Sequence record: SRR22947725_1148 | DNA: 44,910 nucleotides | Strand: one strand, 5' to 3' | Shown: piece by piece, positions 39,507-44,910 of the stretch | Layout of the letters: each line of letters opens with the position of its first letter | Numbering within the stretch: the stretch's first letter is position 1 | The notes under the pieces: generated by a model | What the model saw: the letters and a program-made list of their open reading frames with translations, nothing else | What the model was told of the DNA's origin: nothing | The model's database searches: none | Made by a program: the position numbers and the translations under genes

Positions 39507-39534
39507 TTGACTTATTATGCTTCCTGCATATAGT
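39507..39534 (+). promoter_or_regulatory. Near-consensus sigma70 promoter of the AraC regulator
   Basis: TTGACT-N16-TATAGT, ending 30 nt upstream of ATG 39565. Confidence 0.55.
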
Positions 39535-39564
39535 TTAAGCTTTAACTTACATTTTAACTAAATT

Positions 39565-40719
39565 ATGAAAATTAGAATTACTGCCTGTGATATCGCCGTA
39601 AAACAAAAGAGTACTGATATAATAGATCTAGCAAAGGGAAAAAGAGAGTATACCTTATACTTTTTCAAAAATCCCGTTCTAGTTAAAACTAAAATTGGAC
39701 TTCACGATGTAACCGCAGGTGATTGTATTTTAATTGCACCGGGCTTCCCTCATTACATTAAAAGTAAAGGCGAACAATGGAATTATGATTCGCTTGCATT
39801 TAAAGGATCCGATGCCTCACGTTTAGTAAATCAAGTCGGGTTTGAAACAAACGAAATTCATTCCCCACTTCAGTCCTATTTTATCGATGCACTTTTAGAA
39901 AAAATATCGAAGGAATGTCGTGCACTAGATATGATGTGGGATCGAGTAGTAGCATGCACGCTTGACGAATTGCTCACTAAAATTATTCGTTTCTCGAAGC
40001 AAGATTTTGTATTATCTATGCCAGACCACTCCCAAAAACTACGGGACTTGCGATCGGAAGTACACGAAACTTTTCATCTTCCATGGACGATCAAAAAAAT
40101 GGCTGAAAAACTTAGCCTCAGTAGCAGTCGGTTTGCATCATTATACAAGCAGGAGTTCAAAACCAGCCCAACAGAAGATTTAATCAAAACTAGAATCTCA
40201 CAAGCCAAGAAAATGCTCTCCACCACTAAGGTTAGCGTCAAGCAGGTATCCGTAGCATGTGGATTTGAAAGTGTTCATTACTTCCATCGAGCGTTTAAGA
40301 AAAGAATCGATATAACACCAAAGCACTACCAAAATTTCAAACTGTCCAAAAAAGGCTCTGTACCAGTAGAGACAAAAACATTTACCCTTGATGGTCTGTC
40401 TTCCGATTCTGACTTTTCAGGAACAATGGAAATTATAGACGGAGAAATCATCTTTCACGGAAATGATTCCGAATGGTCAGATTTCCTGGGATATTCTGTA
40501 GATATTTTGAAGGGAAAGCCTTTCTTAAACTTCATATGCCCTCAAGATCTCGATATAGCAAGAGAAGCAATCAGCAACATTATAGACAATCAAAATGTAA
40601 AAGATGTTGCCGTTCGGCTTACTAAAAATGACGACTCACTTGCGAAGATTGAATTCTCAGCAATTACAAAAGGGAATACATGGTTTTGGTTTGCAAAGAA
40701 AGCATTCATGGATGAGTAG
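39565..40719 (+). CDS. AraC-family transcriptional regulator with N-terminal cupin and C-terminal PAS-like domain
   Basis: Cupin (AGDCILIAPGFPHY), AraC double HTH (WTIKKMAEKLSLSSSRFASLYK...AKKML...VKQVSVACGFESVHYFHRAFKK..ITP), PAS-like tail (WSDFLGYSVDILKGKPFLNFICPQD). Confidence 0.9.
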   Translation: MKIRITACDIAVKQKSTDIIDLAKGKREYTLYFFKNPVLVKTKIGLHDVTAGDCILIAPGFPHYIKSKGEQWNYDSLAFKGSDASRLVNQVGFETNEIHSPLQSYFIDALLEKISKECRALDMMWDRVVACTLDELLTKIIRFSKQDFVLSMPDHSQKLRDLRSEVHETFHLPWTIKKMAEKLSLSSSRFASLYKQEFKTSPTEDLIKTRISQAKKMLSTTKVSVKQVSVACGFESVHYFHRAFKKRIDITPKHYQNFKLSKKGSVPVETKTFTLDGLSSDSDFSGTMEIIDGEIIFHGNDSEWSDFLGYSVDILKGKPFLNFICPQDLDIAREAISNIIDNQNVKDVAVRLTKNDDSLAKIEFSAITKGNTWFWFAKKAFMDE

Positions 40720-40863
40720 TCCAGACCTACTCTAATCAAACAAATAGTCCTCTTTGATGGTCTTCTCTTTATTAAATACGAATTATGTTACCATTAATTC
40801 TGTAATTTTTTAACTACAGTAACAAACCATATATTCTAAAGGCAAACCGACCTTTAAATTCAA

Positions 40864-41649
40864 TCATGGACTCCAGCTAAAGTTGCCGGCACCACTTGAA
40901 TCGATTTGTTTTTCTTTTCCGTCATCGATTGCAAATCTTAAATTTTCTAGATTTGAACAATGACATCGAAAAGATTTCGCAATTTTCATTTGGTACTCCC
41001 AACCAGTATCCAAGTTTTTAAAATCCCTCAATGTGCCCTCCCCTTGGTCATCAATAATTAATAATTCAATTGGTCCGATAGCGGCTAATTTAAGTGTAAA
41101 GATATCCGATGGATTTTCGCCCTCTTTCAAAAGAGGAACAGACAACGGGTTCACAGTCACTTCCTGAATAGTAGAATTTTCATTAGCCCCCTTGGGTGAT
41201 ATTTCTGATTCTCCGGAAAAAGTAAGATATAGTATACCCACAATTAAAAGAACTATTGCTACCAAACCAATCGCGAAAAATATTGGTTTTGACAAATTAG
41301 AATCGTATTTACTTGGTGAAGAACTTCCAGTTGAAGTAGATTTAGCAAAATCTGAATTTTCAGAAACTTCAGTATTAGCGATCGAACCGAGAGACTTTCT
41401 GGCAGTTTTGCCAGATACTTTGCCTAATTCTAAGTCCAAATCTGCTAAAATAGATTCTTGATCTAAATCTAGAAACCGAGCGTATAACTTTACGAATCCA
41501 CGCAAGTACACTTCGGGGAGGTCTATATCGAAAGAACTTGCTTCCATTGCACTTAAGTAATCACCCCGAATTTTAGTACTCTCCGATGCCTCTCGGAGTG
41601 AAATACCCTTGCGGTTTCTTGCCTCTTCTAATTTTTGCCCTATTGCCAT
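40864..41649 (-). CDS. rodZ: RodZ-like membrane protein (HTH_25 + TM + short periplasmic domain)
   Basis: [48 protein letters not shown], single TM helix; follows ftsK. Confidence 0.8.
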   Translation of the reverse strand: MAIGQKLEEARNRKGISLREASESTKIRGDYLSAMEASSFDIDLPEVYLRGFVKLYARFLDLDQESILADLDLELGKVSGKTARKSLGSIANTEVSENSDFAKSTSTGSSSPSKYDSNLSKPIFFAIGLVAIVLLIVGILYLTFSGESEISPKGANENSTIQEVTVNPLSVPLLKEGENPSDIFTLKLAAIGPIELLIIDDQGEGTLRDFKNLDTGWEYQMKIAKSFRCHCSNLENLRFAIDDGKEKQIDSSGAGNFSWSP

Positions 41650-41706
41650 ATTAAATTTTAAGAAGTCTAGTTTTTCTTTCTTCTAACAAATTAGCAAGCT
41701 GAGATT

Positions 41707-44313
41707 TCATAAATCCATTAAAATTTCTCTTCCTTGACCTGCCACATCCGGGCCGACCAATCCCCGGTCTTCAAGATCATCCATAATACGTGCCGCTCGA
41801 TTATAACCAATACTTAATTTCCGTTGTAAATTAGAAGTGGATGCTCTCTTCGTTGAACGAATGATCTCAATTGCTTTTTTGGTCATTGGATCATCATCAG
41901 AATCGTCGCTCCCTCCAAGAACGTCCTCTTCTCCGGCTGAATCGATTTGGTCCCTGACTTCTTCTATAATCTGTGGAGGTCCGTTAATTTTAAGAAAATC
42001 AACTATTCCATTAATTTCATCATCACTCACAAAAGCACCCTGCGCTCTCGCAAAGGTTGAACTACCTGGAGGAATGAATAACATATCACCCTTACCGATC
42101 AGAGCCTCTGCACCCTTGCCGTCCAAAATAGTCATACTGTCCCGATAAGAAGCAACTCGAAAGGATATACGACTAGGCAAATTTGCCTTGATCACACCCG
42201 TTATGACATTAACCGAGGGTCTTTGCGTAGCTATTATTAGGTGGATTCCGGCAGCTCGCGCAAGTTGTGCAAGGCGGGCAATACCAGTCTCTACATCAGC
42301 CTGAGCAACCATCATCAAATCTGCCAATTCATCAATTATACAAACAATGTATGGAAGCTTGTTTTCTGGTATCTCGAGGGCATCATCATCCCTGGGCACT
42401 TCAATTGAACTAAGTGCCGCACGTTCCTCTGGAGTCATTAGTGCGTCCAATAATTGAGCTTTCTCTTTTTCTGCCTTATCTTTGAGTATTTTCGCGTTGA
42501 ATCCAGCAATATTCCGAACGCCGATTTTGGAAAAGATTTGGTACCGCCTCTCCATTTCGATTAAAAGCCACTTTAATGCACCTGGAACTTTTTTTGGCTC
42601 CGTTACAACAGGTATCAACATATGAGGTAAATCATTATAAACCTTCATTTCGACTATCTTCGGGTCAACCATGATGAAGCGGACATCTTCTGGGCTGGAA
42701 TGGTAACATAAGGAAGCAATTATTGCATTTATACATACGGTTTTTCCTGAACCAGTTGAGCCAGCGACAAGCAAATGCGGCATTTTAGTAAGATCAGCAA
42801 CTAGCGGTCTTCCGCTCGCTTCTTTTCCTAAAACAATGGGTATCTCTGCACCTGCCTCATGCCAAGCTTTTGACTGCAGTATTTCCTTCATACATACAGG
42901 CATCGGTGTTGCATTAGGAACCTCAATGCCAACGCAACCCTTCCCGGGCACGGGTGCAAGGATGCGCACGCTTTCAGCTTTTAATGCCATCGCTAAATTC
43001 TTGTCCAAATTAGCAATTTTTTCAACGCGTACACCAGCGGCAGGATGTAAATCGTATCTTGTTATAACCGGGCCAGTATGTACTTCGCCCATTTCAACCT
43101 CAATTTTGAATTCCCTTAAAGTGTCTTGAAGTCTTTTTGCTTTCAGAATGTGATCATCATCTCCAATCGCTTCTTCTTCCGGAGGTTCCATTAGTAACTC
43201 CATGGGGGGAAAATGATAATCGCCTTTTCTCTCGGGAAATAGATCGCCTGCCTTTTCAGTTTTGGCAGCTCTAACTACCTTGAAACCTTCCATACCTTCA
43301 TTCGTTTCTGAATTCGAATCTTGCCCAGTAGTATCAACAATCGGTTCAATTTTTTCAATAGGTATATCGATGGGTTTCTTTGCTTCAGGTTCTTGAGAAA
43401 TAGTTGGTTCGATTTTGTTACTTTTCTTTTCGTCAGGCCCACTCCTTACCGAATCAGTATTGACAGCTTTAACTTTTACCGGAGATTTTTCACTGGAATT
43501 CTCTTTAGAAACATCACCAAATAACAAATCTTCGTCCCCATCATCTGAACTCCAAGGGAGTTTCCATTTTTTCTTTTTGTCCTCTTTATTGGACACCTCG
43601 ATCTCATCTGGAACATTTTTCTCTTTAGGCTCTTTGGTTTGAGTTTCCTTGCTGCTTTCCGCTCCATTTTGTTTCAAAAATTCTTTCCCTATTTTTATAC
43701 GAGTCAGAAAAAACTGGAGTGGTGAGAAAGAGAAGTGAATGGAAAGGCAAAAAAACAGAATACAAAGTGCCAACATCGTTGCCCCTAAACTACCCAGCCA
43801 TAGTCTTAAAAATCCGCCAACCTGCTCCTCCGGTTGAGAGCTTATCGGTTGACCTGAATATATGAAGGCACCAACAGAACCTCCAGCACCATGAACATAA
43901 ATGTTAGGATTAAAAAGACTACTCTTACCGTCTTCGCGAATTTGAACATCACGAATATTGGCTAAAATACAAATTGAAAGAATTGATAATGCAATTGTTA
44001 CAAATTTGCTCAGTTTCTCTTTATTTTGAGTTTTTCTAAACGAAAGAAAGGATAAAGTTCCAAAAAGCCAAGGCAACAACCATGCAGAAATGCCAAAAAT
44101 ACCGAGAATATTACTTGCTAAGGATAATCCAACTTGTCCCAATAACGGTGAGTTTTGCGTAGGGGGTGATGAATGAAAGCTACCTGGGTCGTAATCACAA
44201 AGTGAAACAAAACTCAAAATAGAAATAATACCAAAAACAAAACCTAAGATTGCTTGCTTTTCAGGAGTTGCCTTCTTAATGCCAACTTGTTTTTCAATAA
44301 TTGCTTTAGTCAT
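41707..44313 (-). CDS. ftsK: DNA translocase FtsK/SpoIIIE
   Basis: N-terminal TM domain, charged linker, GPVITRY, MPHLLVAGSTGSGKT, IDELADLMM, ATQRPSVNVITG, gamma domain LQRKLSIGYNRAARIMD. Confidence 0.97.
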   Translation of the reverse strand: MTKAIIEKQVGIKKATPEKQAILGFVFGIISILSFVSLCDYDPGSFHSSPPTQNSPLLGQVGLSLASNILGIFGISAWLLPWLFGTLSFLSFRKTQNKEKLSKFVTIALSILSICILANIRDVQIREDGKSSLFNPNIYVHGAGGSVGAFIYSGQPISSQPEEQVGGFLRLWLGSLGATMLALCILFFCLSIHFSFSPLQFFLTRIKIGKEFLKQNGAESSKETQTKEPKEKNVPDEIEVSNKEDKKKKWKLPWSSDDGDEDLLFGDVSKENSSEKSPVKVKAVNTDSVRSGPDEKKSNKIEPTISQEPEAKKPIDIPIEKIEPIVDTTGQDSNSETNEGMEGFKVVRAAKTEKAGDLFPERKGDYHFPPMELLMEPPEEEAIGDDDHILKAKRLQDTLREFKIEVEMGEVHTGPVITRYDLHPAAGVRVEKIANLDKNLAMALKAESVRILAPVPGKGCVGIEVPNATPMPVCMKEILQSKAWHEAGAEIPIVLGKEASGRPLVADLTKMPHLLVAGSTGSGKTVCINAIIASLCYHSSPEDVRFIMVDPKIVEMKVYNDLPHMLIPVVTEPKKVPGALKWLLIEMERRYQIFSKIGVRNIAGFNAKILKDKAEKEKAQLLDALMTPEERAALSSIEVPRDDDALEIPENKLPYIVCIIDELADLMMVAQADVETGIARLAQLARAAGIHLIIATQRPSVNVITGVIKANLPSRISFRVASYRDSMTILDGKGAEALIGKGDMLFIPPGSSTFARAQGAFVSDDEINGIVDFLKINGPPQIIEEVRDQIDSAGEEDVLGGSDDSDDDPMTKKAIEIIRSTKRASTSNLQRKLSIGYNRAARIMDDLEDRGLVGPDVAGQGREILMDL

Positions 44314-44384
44314 TCAACTCCCTACAATGCTAACATTCTAGCATAATTTTTAATCCACCACATATTCTTATAAAATACAATTCT

Positions 44385-44910
44385 ATGACTATTATCAAGT
44401 TTGAACCTATTTATAAAGAAAGACCGTGGGGGGGAACCTCGCTTAGTACTTTCTTTAAAAGAGAAATAAAACTAGACTCCGATAAAGTGGGTGAGTCATG
44501 GGATATTGTAGATCGCAATGAAGCACAATCAATCGCATTAAACGATTTGTACGAAGGGATGCCACTAAGGGAGATTATCGCAAACAACTGCGATACAATT
44601 ATGGGGCCTATTTGGCAAAAAGAGGCAAGGTTCCCGATTTTAGTAAAATGGCTTGATTGCCATGAAAGACTCAGCTTACAAGTTCATCCACCCGAGAGTA
44701 TTGCATCTGCACTTCATGGTGAACCAAAAACTGAAAATTGGTATGTGGCAAATGCTACGGGAGATGCTGGTTTGTTTATCGGGTTTAAAGAAACTACAAA
44801 CAAGGAATATTTCAAAAAAGCACTTGCAAATAAAGATGCGGAAAACCTATGCCACAGAATAGAATCTAAAGAAGGCGACTCCGTTCTCGTCGAAAGTGGT
44901 CGAATTCATG
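44385..44910 (+). CDS. manA: Type I mannose-6-phosphate isomerase; partial, runs off the window
   Basis: Not in the ORF track. Manual translation from ATG 44385: MTIIKFEPIYKERPWGG..., VGESWDI, RFPILVKWLD, LSLQVHPP, GEPKTENWYV, GDSVLVESGRIH. Confidence 0.92.
   Translation, partial: MTIIKFEPIYKERPWGGTSLSTFFKREIKLDSDKVGESWDIVDRNEAQSIALNDLYEGMPLREIIANNCDTIMGPIWQKEARFPILVKWLDCHERLSLQVHPPESIASALHGEPKTENWYVANATGDAGLFIGFKETTNKEYFKKALANKDAENLCHRIESKEGDSVLVESGRIH

Noticed and set aside
40400-40719. LOV photoreceptor interpretation of the PAS domain
   Set aside because: It lacks the GxNCRFLQ motif.
44408-44440. G7 run near the start of manA as a phase-variation tract
   Set aside because: It encodes the conserved WGG motif in frame.
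44653-44862. 69-aa ORF at the right edge
   Set aside because: It is an out-of-frame shadow of the partial mannose-6-phosphate isomerase.
1-44910. CRISPR arrays, tRNA/rRNA genes, IS elements, prophage or defence genes
   Set aside because: By eye I found no regularly spaced repeats, cloverleaf/rRNA signatures, or transposase, integrase or nuclease motifs; tRNAscan, Infernal and CRISPR tools would confirm.

Overview
Gene-dense bacterial chromosome segment. The gene families (two DUF1549/DUF1553 [PSCyt/PSD1] + DUF1501 pairs, a PVC-type CxxCH beta-propeller protein, an ECF sigma/FecR-LamG pair, several sulfatases) point to the PVC superphylum, most likely a Verrucomicrobiota (inference). The left part (1-29.5 kb) is a glycan/sulfate-ester utilisation region interleaved with fbp and glmS. 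The right part is mostly housekeeping: FMN reductase, thrH, gltD, gltB, glutaredoxin-like, ferredoxin, AraC regulator, rodZ-like, ftsK and a partial type I phosphomannose isomerase. Two CDSs missing from the ORF track run off the window edges: a metallophosphoesterase at 1-1245 (-) and the PMI at 44385-44910 (+). The most notable observations are: (i) a same-strand cluster ECF sigma > FecR-LamG anti-sigma > catalytically dead, HTH-less ROK protein > PSD1 cytochrome with a circularly permuted F-type (fucose) lectin > DUF1501 > heme beta-propeller > phosphoesterase; (ii) an intact but catalytically dead sulfatase paralog directly upstream of its active twin; (iii) different lectin modules on predicted coiled-coil stalks in the two PSD1 proteins; (iv) an AraC regulator with a C-terminal PAS-like domain; (v) a candidate sRNA/operator element between the tandem sulfatases. 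I saw no tRNA, rRNA, CRISPR array or mobile element.
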